From Camelus dromedarius (lineage: Eukaryota): a stretch of DNA of 64,000 nucleotides. Positions 1 through 15,080 of this stretch are shown in pieces. The notes under the pieces were generated by a model that worked only from the letters and a program-made list of their open reading frames with translations, did no database searches and was not told the DNA's origin. Each line of letters starts with the position of its first letter. Within the stretch, counting starts at the first letter, position 1. The DNA lies in NCBI RefSeq assembly GCF_036321535.1, contig NC_087436.1, positions 16,864,001 to 16,928,000 on the forward strand, read 5' to 3'. The position numbers were made by a program, and so were the translations under genes.

Positions 1-1050
1 ACATGTAATCAGCTAACCTATAGAAAATATAAACTTTTCTTATACTTTGCCAGTATTTCCTGACCAATTGTTATGGTTTCTCAATTCTGTTAACAACCCA
101 TGTATGAGGCTAATTTAGCCTTCTGCTTAAGTACCTCAAAGCATATCAATTATCAGAATTTTAGTTTTCAGTTCAATTAACTTTTGAACTTGAGGATGTC
201 TGAGTAGTTAAGCAAACCATCTGGGTTTTACAGTGCATAAGCTCAAATCCAATTTGTGGCTTTCTTGAGAAAAATGCCATATTTTATGATAATATTACAT
301 AAGTTTAGAATTTTAATAGCTCATCTGCAGCAATTATGGAACAGAGTAGAGTTATAATTTTTCTTTTTTAATGTAATAATTTATAGTTAGTCTTTTCTAG
401 CAGAAGGTAAAGCTGATCCTACAGAGCAGAGTTTGAAGGCAGGAATTTTGAGCATTGCTTCTGCTTTCCAAAGGTGTCTGGAGATGGGTCAGTTACTTTT
501 CTGAATTATTGCACTAAATAGCAACATCATATTTGAGGTAACTTTACAATTGACTATGTTACTGTTGGCCTGAAAGCTACAGATAGAATCTCTAGAAGCC
601 TTTTATTGTCTAGGGATATTAATACTTCTAGAATGTGAATACTGCTCTGTTAAAATGTATTTTTCAGTGACTTGTTTTACATTAATTCATTATTTAACAT
701 GGTCAGAAATCTGGGTCATTTAATTGTGAGGGAAAAGAAATGATTTATTGGAAATTTACCAGTTTAAAGAAATATTCTTTTTGCCTTTATTAAGTTTACC
801 AAAGACCCAGGTTAGTCTAGCAGAGTGTTAGCTGTTAAAAAGAATAGTTAATACAGTAATTTAACTGAACAGTTTAGCATTTTAGGAACAGTTTAGAATT
901 TTAGGTAAATTTAGTTTAGAATTTTACAGGTACTAGATAGTTTACTGAACTAATTTGAAAAACTATCATTTTTGGTATATTTCGGTGGGGTGGTAATCCA
1001 AGGAAGAAGAATAATTTAGTCTTAGGTCTCTAAATTGGGACAATTGAAGC

Positions 1051-4000
1051 ACTCATATGCACCCAATGTAGGAGCACCTAATTATGTAAAACAAATACTT
1101 AACAGACATAAAGGGAGAAATTGATGGGAATACAATAATAGTAGGAGACTTTAACATCCTACTAACATCTGGACAATAGTCTAGACAGAAAATCAATAAG
1201 GCAATGGAGATACTAAATGACACAATAGGACAATTAGGCTTAATTTATATTTTCAGGATATTATATCCAAAAAAAAGCCGAATATACATTCTTTTCAAGT
1301 ACACATGGGACATTCTCTAGGATGGACCACATACTTGGACACAAAAGAAGCCTCAACAAATTTAAGAGGATAGAAATTATTTTAAGCATCTATTCTGACT
1401 ACAATGCTATGAAACTAGAAATCAACAACAGAAAGAGAAATGAGGAGAAAAAAAAAAACAGCTGCATGGAGACTAAACAACATGCTACTAAAAAAAAAAG
1501 GATCAGTGATGAAATCAAAGAAGAAATTAAATAATAACTTGAGATAAATGACAATGAAAACACAACCACACAAAATCTATGGGATGCAGCAAAAGCAGTA
1601 CTAAGAGGGAAGTTCATAGTGAAACAGGCCTTTCTCAAAAAACAGGAACAACCTCAAAAAAACAACCTAACCTACCACTTAAAAGAATTAGGAAAAGAAC
1701 AAACAAAACTTGAAGTAGGCAGAAGTAAAGAAATAATAAAGATCATGGAGGAAATAAATAAAATAAGAGATTGAAAAAAAATGAAAAAATCAATCAAACC
1801 AAGAGCAGATTTTTTGAAAGAGTAAACAAAATTGACAAACCTCTGGCCAGACTCACCAAAAAGAAAAGAGACAGGACATAAATAAACAAAATAAGAAATG
1901 AAAATGGAGAAATTACAACCAAACACCACAGAAATACAAAAAACCATGAGAATGCTATGACCAATTATATGCCTACAAATTGATCAACCTAGAAGAAATG
2001 GACAAGTTTCTAGAAACATACAGCCCACCAACAGTGAATCAAGAAGAAATCGATAATTTGAACAGACCGATCACTAGAAGTGGAATAGAATCAGTAATTT
2101 AAAAACCTCCTTGCAAACAAAAGTCCAAGATCAGATGGCTTCACTGGGGAGTTCTACCAAACATACAAAGAACTTAAACCAGTCCTCAAACGCTTTCAAA
2201 AGATTGAAGAGGAGAGAAGACTCCCAAACTCATTGTACGAAGCCACCATTACCCTGATAGCAAAACCAGACAAAGACACTACCCAAAAAGAAAATCACAG
2301 GCCAATATCTTTGATGAACATAGATGCAGAAGTTCTCAACAAAATGTTAGCAAATTGAATCCAGCAACACATAAAAAAGATCATACACTACGATCAAGTT
2401 GGATTCATCCCAGGGACACAAGAATGGTTCAACATATGCAGATCAGTCAACATGATACACCACATCAACAAAATCACATGATCATCTCAATAGATGCAGA
2501 AAAAGCATTTGATAAAACTCAACATCCATTCATGATAAAAATTCTGACCAAAATGGGTATAGAGGGGATATACCTCAACATAATAAAAGCTATTTATGGC
2601 AGACCCACAGCCAACATAATACTCAGTGGTGAAAAGTCAAAAGCCTTCCCGTTAAAATCTGGATCAAGACAAGCATGCCACTCTCACCACTTCTATTCAG
2701 TGTAGTATTGGAAGTCCCATCCATAGCAAATCAGAAAAGAAAAAGAAATAAAAGGGATCTAAATTGGAAGAGAAGAGGTAAAATTGTCACTATATGCAGA
2801 TAACATATACTATATATAGAAAATCCTAAAAACTCCACGTAGAAACTACCAGAGCTGATAAATGAATTCAGTAAGGTGGCAGGATACAAGATTAACACAC
2901 AGAAATCTGTTGCATTTCTTTACAATAACAATGAAATAATCAGAAAAGGAAATTAAAAAAATAAAATCCCTTTTAAAATCACGTCAAAAAATACTTAGGA
3001 ATAAAGCTGACCAAGGAAGTGAAAGACTTATATGCAGAGAGCTATAAAATGTTGATTAAGGAAATTAAAGATGATTTAAGGAAATGGAAAGATATCCCAT
3101 ACTCTTGGATTGGAAGAATTAATATTGTTAAAATGGCCATACTACCCAAAGCAATCTTCAGATTTAATGCAATCCCTGTCAAATTACCCAGGACATTTTT
3201 CACAGAACTAGAATAAATAATTATAAAATTTATATAGAATCACAAAAAACCCAGAATTGCCAAAGCAATACTGAAGGAAAAGAACAAAGATGGAGGAATA
3301 ACCCTCCCAGACTTCAGACAATCCTCCAGATCTATAGTAATCAAAACAGTGTGATATTGGCACAAAACCAGACATTTATGAATCAGTGGAACAGAATAGA
3401 GAGCCTAGAAATAAACCCAGACACCTACAGTCAATTAATCTTTGACAAAGGAGACAGGAATATACAATGAAGAAAAGACAGTCTCTTTGTGAGTGGTGTT
3501 GGGAAAGCTGGACAGCCAGCCAGACAGTTAGAACACTCCCTCACCATACACAAAAATAAACTCAAAATGGCTTAAAGACTTAAATGTGAGACAAGACACT
3601 TATATAAACCTCCTAAAAGAAAACATAGGTAAAACATTTTCTGATATAAATCTTAGCAATGTTCTCCTAGGGCAGTCTACCAAGGCAATAGAAATAAAAG
3701 CAAAAATAAACAAGTGGGACCCAATTAAACTTATAAGCTTTTGCACAACAAAGGAAACTATAAACAAAATGAAAAGACAACTTATGGAATGAGATAAAAT
3801 ATTTGCAAGTGATGAGGGCTTAATTTCCAGAATATACAAACAGCTCATACAACTCAATAACAAAAGAAAAAAAACCCAGTCAAAAAATGGGCAGAAGACC
3901 TAAAGAAACATTTATCCAGTGAAGATATGCAAATGGCTACTAGGTGCATGAAAAAGGCTCAATATCACTAATTATCAGAGAAATGCAAATCAAAGCTACA

Positions 4001-4840
4001 ATGAGGTGTAACCTCATACGAGTCAGAATGACCATCATTAAAAAGTCCACAAACAAATTCTGGAGAGGTTTGGAGAAAAGAGAACCCCCTCTAACTGTTG
4101 GTGGGAATGTAGTTTGATGCAGCCATTATGGAAAACAGTATGGAGATTCCTTAAAAAACTAAAAATAGACATACCCTATGATCCAGTAATCCCATTCCTG
4201 GGCATATATTCGTAGGAAACTCTAATTCGAAAAGATACATGCACCCAAATGTTCATGAAAGCACTGTTTACAATAGCCAAGACATGGAAGTAACCTAAAT
4301 ATCCATCAACAGATAATTGGATAAAGAAGATGTAGTGTGTATATATACAATGGAATGTTACTTAGCCATAAAAACAAATAAAATAATGCCATTTGCAGCA
4401 ACATGAATGGATCTGGAGAACGTCATACTAAGTGAAGTAAGCCAGAAAGAGAAAGAAAAATATCATATGATATCACTTGTATGTGGAATCTGAAAAAATG
4501 ACACAAGTGAACTTATTTATAAAACAGAAACAGACTCCCAGGCATAGAAAACAAACTTATGGTTACCAGGGAGAAAAGGAGGGTGATGGAGGGATAAATT
4601 GAGAGTTTGACATTTTCAGATATTAACTACTATTATATAAAATAGATAACCAACAAGGTCCTATTGTATGGCACAGGGAACTATTTTCAATATCTTTAAT
4701 AGCCTATTTTGAAAAAGAATATAAAAATGAATATATATGTATCTATATATAACTGAATAACTATGCTACACACCAGACATTAACATAGCATTGTAAATCA
4801 ACTATATATCAATAAAAAAATTTAAGAAGAAAAAAAGAAA
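1051..4840 (+). mobile_element. 5'-truncated, inactive LINE-1 (most of ORF2, 3'UTR and A-rich tail)
   Basis: ORF fragments match L1 ORF2p ([57 protein letters not shown]). RT motif reads YADN at 2793-2804. Many stops and frameshifts. AATAAA and A-rich tail at ~4811-4840. No clear target-site duplication (TSD). Confidence 0.97.
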
Positions 4841-6729
4841 ATGTGAAATCTGACCAGGTATCTTTCAGTATGTCTTTCTCAAGAGAGTTGAGTATTTCCC
4901 AAAGAACTGTTTCTTCTGCAACTGATAAAAGGTTAAGGTCTCTTGACACCCTAACATTCCATTTTTAATGAAAACACGTCCTGCTTATTGAGGAAGATCA
5001 ACACCCTTTGAAATTAAGAGCAACTACTTGTAATTCCAGTGACAGCCTGGAGCACATAAAGCCTGAACTTCAAGCCACCAAGGCTGCCTTGTTTTTATTT
5101 ATAGCTAGCTTATGGCATTAACTGGTTACCTACCCTAGCAGTTAGCTTCGTTTCATTATTGTTAGAAGTGTGATAGGAATGGAGAAGGAAAGACAAATAT
5201 GTTTTTGGACGTGGTGACTTAGAGTTTTAGAAAACCTGTGCTTAACTAGACAAAGAAAATGTCATTAGACTGAAATTTTTATTGAAGTCTGGTTCACCCC
5301 ATAATGAAGATAGGGAAACTTAGCCATGAGGATACAAGCGACAGAAAGGAAAACAGAATCAGTCAGGAAATTGGGTAGGGGATTGTTAACAGTGAAGGGA
5401 AGGCTGTAGGACTAAACAACATGAATTGCCCAACTTATTGTGGGACTCTGGAAAGGTTTCTGTTCAAGACAAACAGACCTCTGTGAAAGGAGTTGTACAT
5501 TAACTACTTAAATTTCTCCTAAAGATGCCTTGGAAAACACTAAGTTTTAAGGTGACATAATATTTTTAGGTGGACCTTAAAAATATAAATGTATGATTCC
5601 TTCCTTCCTTTTTCCAAATTTCTCTGTTTGACTTGCAGAGGAAAACAAAATTGAATACTTTTGCATTTTCAAATTTAAGGAAGTGAAGTTCTTCAATATG
5701 CCTTCGAATTCTGACTTCAGAGATTAATTATTATATTAAATGCTCTTTTTATGACAATAATGATTAATGTAAGTGCATTCTAAATGTTAATTTTCCATCA
5801 AGGAAATCCATTTTTATGCACTTATTTATTAGAGCTAATTTTTTACTTGATAATATTTGGTCTATGACAACTGTATTTCTATATGCACTGTGTAATTTAG
5901 GCAAGTGAGCCTGAACTTCTTCCCCTAGTTTTGTGATCAGTGGGCATTTCTTATGTGTTATGTGACAATTTGTATTTAGGTTATTCTAATCAATTTAATC
6001 ACAGAATGAGGATATTATAAAATAATGATACAATCCCTCATGGCATTTCACCTTAATGTTTGTAAAATATTTTGCTTAAGTGGATGGACTGTGGTCTACT
6101 TCTTTTAGAATCTTTCATTAATAAGGATTGGGGATTTAAGTAATATTTAACCAGGAACTAGTTATAAGGAAGCAAAGCAAACTACAACTGTGTATCTTGG
6201 CACCATTCTTAGTGGCCTGTAAATAAAATTCTAAAATTTCAAGTGGAATTTTGCAAAGCTGCCTGCATACTCAAGCCTCTCATATTTTCTCTTGACAGTA
6301 TGATTTTGTCATATAAGGGATATGCCAGTTCTTTGGCCAACTGTGTAAGTGTGACCACATGAGTGACAGCTAGATTAATGGATCTTATAAGTCACTAATT
6401 TGTTTACTATTTATTGAGTGCCTATTATATGTTAAATACAAAACTCTAAACAGGAGAGTCAGATTTCTCTTACAGACTTTAGTTTTTTGATGGGCAGAAT
6501 TTTTTAAAATCCTAAAAATTTATATAACATTTCTATAACATTTGAACTAGCAATTTCATTTCTAGGCCAAAATAACAATGTGCATCTTTGTACCATTTAC
6601 ACAGAAATGTATTCATGATGTATTATTAAGTGTAAGAAATAAGCTAAAAAGTTCATGGATGTTTATGCACATCTAAACATAGAGAAAGTATGGAGTATAT
6701 TACATCTGTTAATCATGACAAAGAGAGTC

Positions 6730-6985
6730 AGTATAAAGTAGTAAAAAGGGGCTTACTTAGTTCCTGAAGTCCCCCTGCCTGGATTTAAATCCTGGCTCTA
6801 CCCATTTCTAGCTGGAGTAATGTGAACTATATACTCTTAACCCCTAAACCGCTTAGTTTCTTCATTTATAAAATGGGTTTAATAATGGTAAATACCCAGG
6901 CACTTGTTGTGAGGGTTAAATGTGGTAAGACACATAATGAATAGTGCTCAGCTCATAGGAAGAATCAAGACTGTGCAATTATCAC
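6730..6985 (+). mobile_element. MIR SINE
   Basis: ggatttaaatcctggctct B-box remnant and core cttagtttcttcatttataaaatggg...ttgttgtgagggttaaatg. Confidence 0.8.
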
Positions 6986-9900
6986 TCAAATACTAGGGTA
7001 GTGAATTAGGGGTAATTTTTACCTTCTTACTTTTGCTTACTTACATTTGCTAAAGTTTCTACATGGTACTTGTTTTTTGATTCAGCTGATTTGATTAAAG
7101 CTTTCCAAGCTGTGATAGGAAAACAAATTACTTAAAAGCTCTTGCAAAACAGAAATAGATGTGATGCGTGTTCATTTCTCTGATTTTTGTTAGAGTTTTT
7201 CTTTCAGAAAGCAAATGTTCCTATGTTATCCATGCTCAGGGCCAGCAAAATTTGGTATTATTTTTGTCTTCATTCAATAATAAGTATTTATAAAGGGCCC
7301 ACCATGTGCCTGTTACTCTGCAGTGAAAGGACTGAGATACAATGGTTGTAGCCTCTGTGGAGAGGAGACAGGTGGTTTTCTCTCCATGATTATTGTGTAA
7401 TCCTATAACATTAGTCTTGAAAGTTTGGATTACAAAAGAGGTACTATTAAGTCACTCAAAGCTCTGACTTTGTGTTTTGGAAACAGGACGTTGGACTCAT
7501 TTTGTCCCTTCCCCATTGTCAACCATGGTTTGCACTTAAGACCCATGACCTCTCCCATGGGGCTTCTGAAAGAAAATGGTGAGTCTCACTGCTCAAGTGT
7601 GGTAGGTAGCAACACCGTGATTTTCATTGTTTTGTATTCATTTCAAATGCAAAGTCAAACAGCTAGTATTGAACAGTCATTTCCTTTATATTTCATTTCA
7701 AATACTGTGTCATAAGCTAGAGATTTCAGAAACAACTACTACTAACTGATTTTCAGCTCCTTTATTTGAACTTGAGAGATTGGATTTTTTTAATGTGTGT
7801 AAATATTGATGGTTTTAGGAAATTATAAGGATAAATTCTTACAATTTTAAAAGTTTCTCTACAGTTGAGTTATTTTTTAAAAAATATGTAATTCTTCAAA
7901 AGAAAATATAGATGACCCTTTAAAATGCCTTAAGTGAGATTGAGCAACTCTCTGGAACTTGGTGAGCTACTTGAAGACCTAGGGGGCTATTGATTTAAAG
8001 AAACTATTTTTGTAGTTTTCCTTCTTTTCAACTTGTTACTCATGTTCTTGAGCTTCAGGCTGTCATTGAGAGAAAACTCTACTTGTAGAGTGAGGCTTCA
8101 GTTGATTTTGAAATAAATTTTTGAAAATTTGCAGAATAAACACCTCCTTGGGTTCTCAGAGCACTCTTGTTTAAAAATTTTCTGTATCCAACTACAATTT
8201 TACCAGCCTTTATTTGTGTGGATTATTATAGAAGGAATTCAAGCATCAACTGGAGGGTCATCAAACACATATTTATCTAACCAGTATTCACTCAAGGTAT
8301 TAATATTTGTGAATATAATGTCAAAATCTCATACATGTGCAATAGGTCTGTTTAAAGTTTTTGGTTATTGTATTGATCCATCCCTTAAATTCTTTTGATG
8401 CTTAATCAGATAATTTGAGACCCCAGGGTAGTGGAATGATGTATGGGCCTCAACTGAGTCTAGAATTAAATATTTATGTGAAGAGGTAAATGCTGTCTAA
8501 AATTCCTCATAAGGTATAGGGTCCAGTGGGTGAAATAGTTTTAATAGATAACAATCTTGAAATCTGATAACACTGAAAGCTGAGATTTACAGCCCTTAAC
8601 TGCCACATAGTGAAAATTCTGCTAATTGTGTGATATTTAGAGTTTCAAGATCATCGTAAGGGCTGATAAAAGCCTCTATTTCGAATGCCATCCACCTGAG
8701 ATAAATCACGTGTCTTCCCCTTATGGAGGAACATATCAGCCCTTTGAAGGGGTCAGTCATTCTCAAGGCTTTAGTCTGAAAATAGAAATGTAACTCTTCT
8801 TTTCCTATATACATAGAGTCTACTCTACAGGGGTTTGACCGCTGTTTGTTTAGTGCTAAAGAAAAGATGGAGGACCTTTCTTCTAAAATGTTTGTCGAGA
8901 GAATCCCCATTACTAGCTATAGATTATTGTGAAATTGTGAGTGAAAGGCTGGCAGAATGAGCAATCACCTATGTGATGTGTTTTGAGATTTTCTAAAGGT
9001 TCTATCTGTGCCAAAACAATCTGGAATACTTACTAGGAACCATAACTTCACGGAAGCTAAAGAATCCCTATACTTATCACAGTTACTGGCATGTATTGGG
9101 CATTAATAAAAAATTGTTAAATGAATGAAATGCATAAATGAAGATGAATTAAAAGGAGAAGCCACTCAAATGGAATGTATTTCTGTATATATATGTGTGT
9201 CTGCTTCTGCATAGTAGGCTAAAACTTGATAACTGCTAAAAGAAAAAAGAATTTGGGAAAGTACAATCCAATACAATAACAGCAATGAATACAAACATGT
9301 AAAAAATATCACTGTACACTTTTACAGTTCTTGTTTATACTGATTATATGTAGACTGCACAGATACCACAAAAATAAGTAAAATTTTATGCAGTTTACCT
9401 TAGATGTTTTAAAACCAAATTGTTGGGCAGATTATTCATTTTATGATATGTCTTTCAGTATTCATAAACATGGGGAGTTGAAAGGCTGAACATGCTAAAA
9501 GTGTAAAAAATTGCAACAAAAATAATTATTTCCAAATGCTCTAGAGCAGCTATTCTTTTTTTCCTTAAAATGAAAGTATATTTAATCAAATAAGAATGGA
9601 GATTCCATCACTGTTCTGTTGTGGTTTTGTTTCATTTTTTTAGTTTAAGCTAAACTGCTCTTTTATAATTGCAATATATTTTTTCATAAGGGCAAAAATA
9701 TCTGAAGGCTTGTGTCCAGAAACTTATTTTATGTAAACTATTAGTAAAATGTGAAAAATGTTGATTTTCTCTTTGAAAAACCTAGATGTGGTCCTTGCTT
9801 TGTGTCTTGGGTGAAAAATAATATTTTTTTAAGCTTGTCATTTTTTTTAGTTTAGGACTATAGTCTATAAAGATTTGCACAAAAAAGATTTTTCTCCACA

Positions 9901-10237
9901 TATTGTTGTAACTCTAAAGTTACAGCTTCACTGAATATCTGAAACAGTCACTGAGATCTCTTTAATAACAGAATGTTGCTTAAATTGTGAGAGAACATAG
10001 ATCTTATGGTTTTCTCTGGGGTATATTGTAATTTACTGGGCTCTAAAAGTTTCTGATTTTGTTTTAGGGTAAATAAATTATTATTAAAGGAAAAAGGAAA
10101 GGAAATTAGAACATAAGAATTAAGAAGAGTCATGATTTCTATCCATTTGACATATATTACAATATATAATAATAATATAATATACAATATTATATATAAA
10201 TGCATGTATCTTATACTGCTTGAAGCCTTGCCTTTAA

Positions 10238-10490
10238 AAGCAGTATAGCACAGTGATTAAGAGTGAAGACACTGCAGTTATTATACCTACTCTAATGAGG
10301 TTAGAATTCTGGCTCTGTCAGTTTCTAGCTGGGAGACCTCATGCAAGTTACTTCATCACTCTTGACTCAGTTTCCTCATTGGTTAAATGGGGGATAATAA
10401 CAATACTTATCCAAGAATTTTTAGATAATGCTTGTAAATTGTATAACATACATCCTAGTGCTTACTAAAATTGAACTGTAATTATTAGCT
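10238..10490 (+). mobile_element. MIR SINE
   Basis: agcagtatagcacagtgattaagag start and core ctcagtttcctcattggttaaatggggataata. Confidence 0.85.
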
Positions 10491-10899
10491 ATAATTCCCT
10501 AGGTATAGGTAGTAAAGCATAATATACTTGAGAGTCTGATGTTTTTGTACAACTTTGACCCTGTCCTAAAAGATTTGTCACTTGAAACACAAGACACATC
10601 TCATTATAACACTGACTTACCATATCAATGCACCAAGCAGAAATGAGTTTTATTGTTATTGTGCAAACACAATCATGGTGGCCTTTCCTGGATTCACCTA
10701 TTTTTACCATTGTCATTGTTAGCATCCTGTTCTACACCTTGAATCTGCCTGTTTACCCTCCTATTTCAATAACTTTGGAAAGTCATTCTTAAACTGATAT
10801 TCTTCAAGCACCCCTTTCACTGGTGATTTTAAAGCTTTCTCTACTTGCCAAGTTCACAGACTTGAGACTCTTGGAATGAATAAACTAAGTACGTCCTTT

Positions 10900-12426
10900 A
10901 ATTCTGTCTACATCAGTCTCCACAAGACACCTAGGACTTCCCAGTCACCTCTTATCATCAAAACCCCACTTTCTGCATAATTCTGTTTGCCTTTTTTTCT
11001 GACTTTAGTCCCTAACCCTTCCCACCCCGAAACCCATTTACTGTTCTCCTTGAACTGCTAGCCAGTAACTAGCAAAAACCCTGAATCCTTAATGTCATCT
11101 AAGTGTCACCTTCACTTTCTTCGTCTAGTTGAAATCTGTGCTCTGTCTCCAACCCTGAGGACATTTCTTCCTCTGCTCCTCTCTCAAGTGGTGATGGTCT
11201 TCTCTTTCTCTTGCCTTGTATCTCTGGGAGTGGAGGTGGGGGTTGACTTCCTTATTTCTCAGGCTATTTCCAGATCATTCACCTTCCTCTTTCCTAAAAT
11301 TCCAAGCTTTGAATCTCATGTCATCGAATTTAATTGTTTTTTTTTTGGGGGAGGGGGTGTAATTAGGTTTATTTACTTATTTATTTACTTTTAGAGGAGA
11401 TGCTGGGGATTGAACCCAGGACTTTGTGCATGCTAAGCATGCACTCTGCTACTTGAGCTATACCCTCCCCCTTCTCATGTTATCAAATGATATCCTTTAT
11501 TACCTCTCCTGCCTACAGTAACCTGTTGATTTGTATCCATTCTTTCATATCTTAAAGAATTTAGCCCCTGGATTCTTGTAACTTTCTCTAGCACTAGTCT
11601 TGTAATAACTCTGATTTTGGTATCCAGATAAATAAGCTCTCTAACTCACTGGCTTCTTGATTCCTTGAGCTCTTTTCCTCCAATGATTTTGTCATCTGTA
11701 ATACTTTATATATATATATACTCTGATAGTTATAGCCTGGGAACCTTTGAAATATTTCCAAAATCTCACTTTGAAGGGTACCACAACTCAACTAGGCTAC
11801 CTTCTAAACTCTTAACATTTTTTCAAACTCCCACTGGGAGTCTGGGGGTCCTTAGTGTTCATGGGTCTGGTGATCAATTTTTGAATTTTTCTCTAGCTAT
11901 ACTAATTCTCTTGATAATTTTATCCAATCCATAGCTTTAACTGCCATTTATATGCAGATGACTCCAAATTTATGTCCAGCCTGGTTGTTCTCCTCAACTC
12001 CAGGTAACATTCAAATGCTTAATCAGCATTTCTGCCTGGGTTTTTAATAGGCATTTCAAACTTAGCATGTCCAGCTCAGGAACCCTGTACACTGTAAGGA
12101 AAGCTCTTTATCTTAGACATCACAGCATCACTTCTTTACCAGTTCTAGGCTTTGTCCGAATGCCTTCTAATCAGTGAGGGCATCACTGACCAGCCTGTTA
12201 TAGTAGCAAGTATATCTCCCAGTCCTACTTACCAATCCTGCTTTATTTTGATCTCTAACACTTAGGGCCTGAGGACATATTGCCTATTTGAGTTCTCTGG
12301 TTTTGTCTGCACCTTCTGCTAGAATGTAATCTTCATGAATGCAGATAGTGATTAATTCATTACTAAATCCCTTAGACACAGAATCATTCCTGGACGTGCT
12401 CATTGTATTTTGTTGGATGAATGAAG
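10900..12426 (+). mobile_element. Degraded LINE-2, interrupted by a SINE
   Basis: ccatttatatgcagatgactccaaattta (YADDS RT remnant) at ~11945 and L2 3' end ttgttggatgaatgaa at ~12410-12426. 5' boundary approximate. Confidence 0.7.
11330..11471 (-). mobile_element. tRNA-derived SINE (camelid Vic-1-like)
   Basis: Minus strand reads ggggagggtatagctcaagtagcagagtgcatgcttagcatgcacaaagtcctgggttcaatcccca (A and B boxes) plus an A-rich tail. 16-bp TSD tctcatgtcatcgaat (11314) / tctcatgttatcaaat (11473). Confidence 0.9.
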
Positions 12427-13023
12427 ATACTGCTATTTTATTTACAGAAAGAGTGCTACCAATTTTCATATTTATTTTTTTCTATACTATGAGGAAAGTT
12501 ATCTGGTTTATTAGAATAAATACTTTTATCAGTGGAATTCAAATATACTGTCTTCATTTTGAATAAAAAATTACAGCTGGAAAAAATATAGCTCTGTGTG
12601 TGTATTTCTGAGAATATGGTGAACAATTATGTAAGGAAAGATTTCTGGGTGCAAAACACCTAAAAATACTAGTTAAATATTAAAAAGGTAACTTAAAAAA
12701 CCCAGCTGATCTGCCAGGAAAGCACAAAAATAATAAAACCAGAAAATATAAGCAAGCCTGATCCCAAAGAGGTTTAATACTCTTTATAGCAGTTTGTTTT
12801 TAGGGTTGTTTATTCCTGGTGGCCTAGACGTTCCTAGCTTAAAAAAAAAAACCCACAAAAAACTAGCATCACTTCTCTCCCCCTTCCTTCCTAGCTATCT
12901 GTCTGTCTGTCTATCTGCATTTTTTAATATATGCATTATTTGTTGTCCAGCCTCAGGTATCTAGAATTAGATTGATAGAAATCCTTGTTTCATGATGCAT
13001 TATCTTCATTTTTGCCTGAATTG

Positions 13024-13334
<311 letters not shown>

Positions 13335-14440
13335 GTGTTATAATGAACACAAAGAAAATCATCCCCCAGACAAAAGACTGTAATATTGACAGCAACTGTC
13401 ATCTTCTACTGTGCCTCTTACAAATCCTATCCCTTTGCTTCCACCCCAGATTTGGAAGAGTTGTAGTAAATTTTCACTACTAATCCTTTGTTACTTCTGT
13501 TGTGGCTAGTCGTTTCACTTTCTTTAAAGTGTCTTTGGTAAACAAATAGTATTGATTTAAATACAGTAAATTGTATTAAAAATGTTACCCTCTCTGGGAT
13601 AAATAAAAGACTATGAAGAACTTTAGGTTTTCTCTTCCTCTGTTTTGACTTTCATACTATCATTGTCCATTATTTCAATTTTGTCTTTTTTTTAAACTTT
13701 AATCTCACAAGCCATGCTATAATTATCATTATTTTATAAAGATAGTATTTACTTAGATTTACCTACCTCCTGGTAGGTTAAGAGTTGAGAAAAACTTAGA
13801 AATTTTTTAAAATGAAATATAGGTGGACATGAAATATCCTTCCTTTTATTTAGGCCTTTTTAGAGTTGTCTCAATAATACTTTAGTTTTCTGCATTTTTT
13901 AAAAGATTTCTTTCTATGCATTTAATGTTTTTGATACTATTTTAAATGGTATTTAAAATTTTATTTCACCCCCCCCCCACTCCCTTTTCTGGAATATAAA
14001 AATACAGTTGAACTTTTTGCATGGACCTTATATCTTTATGGCCTTTATAAATTGACTTACTAATTCTAGTAGTTTATCTGGTTTATCTGTTGATCATTTT
14101 AGACCTTCTGCATACACGATCTTGTTCTCCATGAGTGATGACATTTTTTGTTTTTTCCTTCTGATTATAAATCTTTTATTTATTTTTTTCTTACCTTATT
14201 GTATAAGTTAACACTACCTAACACAATGTAAAATAGAAGTGTTGGGGAGCTTTATTGTCTCATTTCTTATCTCAGAAGAAATTGTTACATATTTTAGTAT
14301 TTGTTATAAAATTTCCTCATTATACTAAAAAGTTCCTAGATTGCTAAGTTTTTTTAATCATGAATCAGTGTTGAATTTTATTAAATGGTTGTCTTTTTAC
14401 ATCTTAAGGTGTTTATATGATTTTTCGCATTTGTTCTTTT

Positions 14441-15066
14441 TTTTTCATTTTTCAGTTTTATTAGGTAGAATTGTTACAGTTTGACTGCACATATACAATA
14501 TATTCACATAAATACATATACACAATATACTGCACATATTTTTTAAATTTACATATATGTACTGTTCATTGTTTCTAAGAACAGATAGAGCTTTAGCTTT
14601 TTAAACTTACATAGTTATCAAAGGAGTAAAGCTAACCACAAAATAAGAATTAATTCTAAAAGATACATATACCCCACTATTAACAGCAACATTATTTATA
14701 AGTGCCAAGATATGGAAGCATCTTAAGTGCACATAAATAGATGAATGGATAAAGAAGATACAGCATATATATGTAATGGAATACAACTCACTCATAAGAA
14801 AGAAGGATATTTTGCCATTTGTGGCCCTTCATTCACTTTTTTTTCCACTTCAGAAATCAGAATTTTATAACTGGCATAAACAGTTCCACTGCATCAAAAA
14901 CAACAAAATACCTAGGAATAAGCTTAACCAAGGTTACCTATGCTGTGAAAACTGTAAAACATTGATGAAGGAAATTGAAGATGATACAAAGAAATGGAAA
15001 GATATCTTGTGCTCTTGGATTGGAAGAATCAACATTATCAAATGGCTGTACTACCCAAAGCAATCT
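14441..15066 (-). mobile_element. Composite L1-mediated insertion: poly(T), non-L1 sequence and plus-oriented L1 pieces
   Basis: Bounded by catttgttctttt (14428) and catttgttcctttt (15067). T-run, then ttttatt (reverse complement contains AATAAA) at ~14456. Plus-oriented L1 pieces at ~14650-14826 and ~14888-15066 ([17 protein letters not shown]). Confidence 0.7.
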
Positions 15067-15080
15067 CATTTGTTCCTTTT

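Noticed and set aside
1322..3863. RT/endonuclease-like ORFs as a functional gene or novel retroelement system
   Set aside because: Ordinary fragmented L1 ORF2 with stops, frameshifts and a mutated YADN catalytic motif.
11400..11471. tRNA gene
   Set aside because: Followed by a SINE tail, flanked by TSDs and repeated at 22.6 kb, so it is a tRNA-derived SINE.
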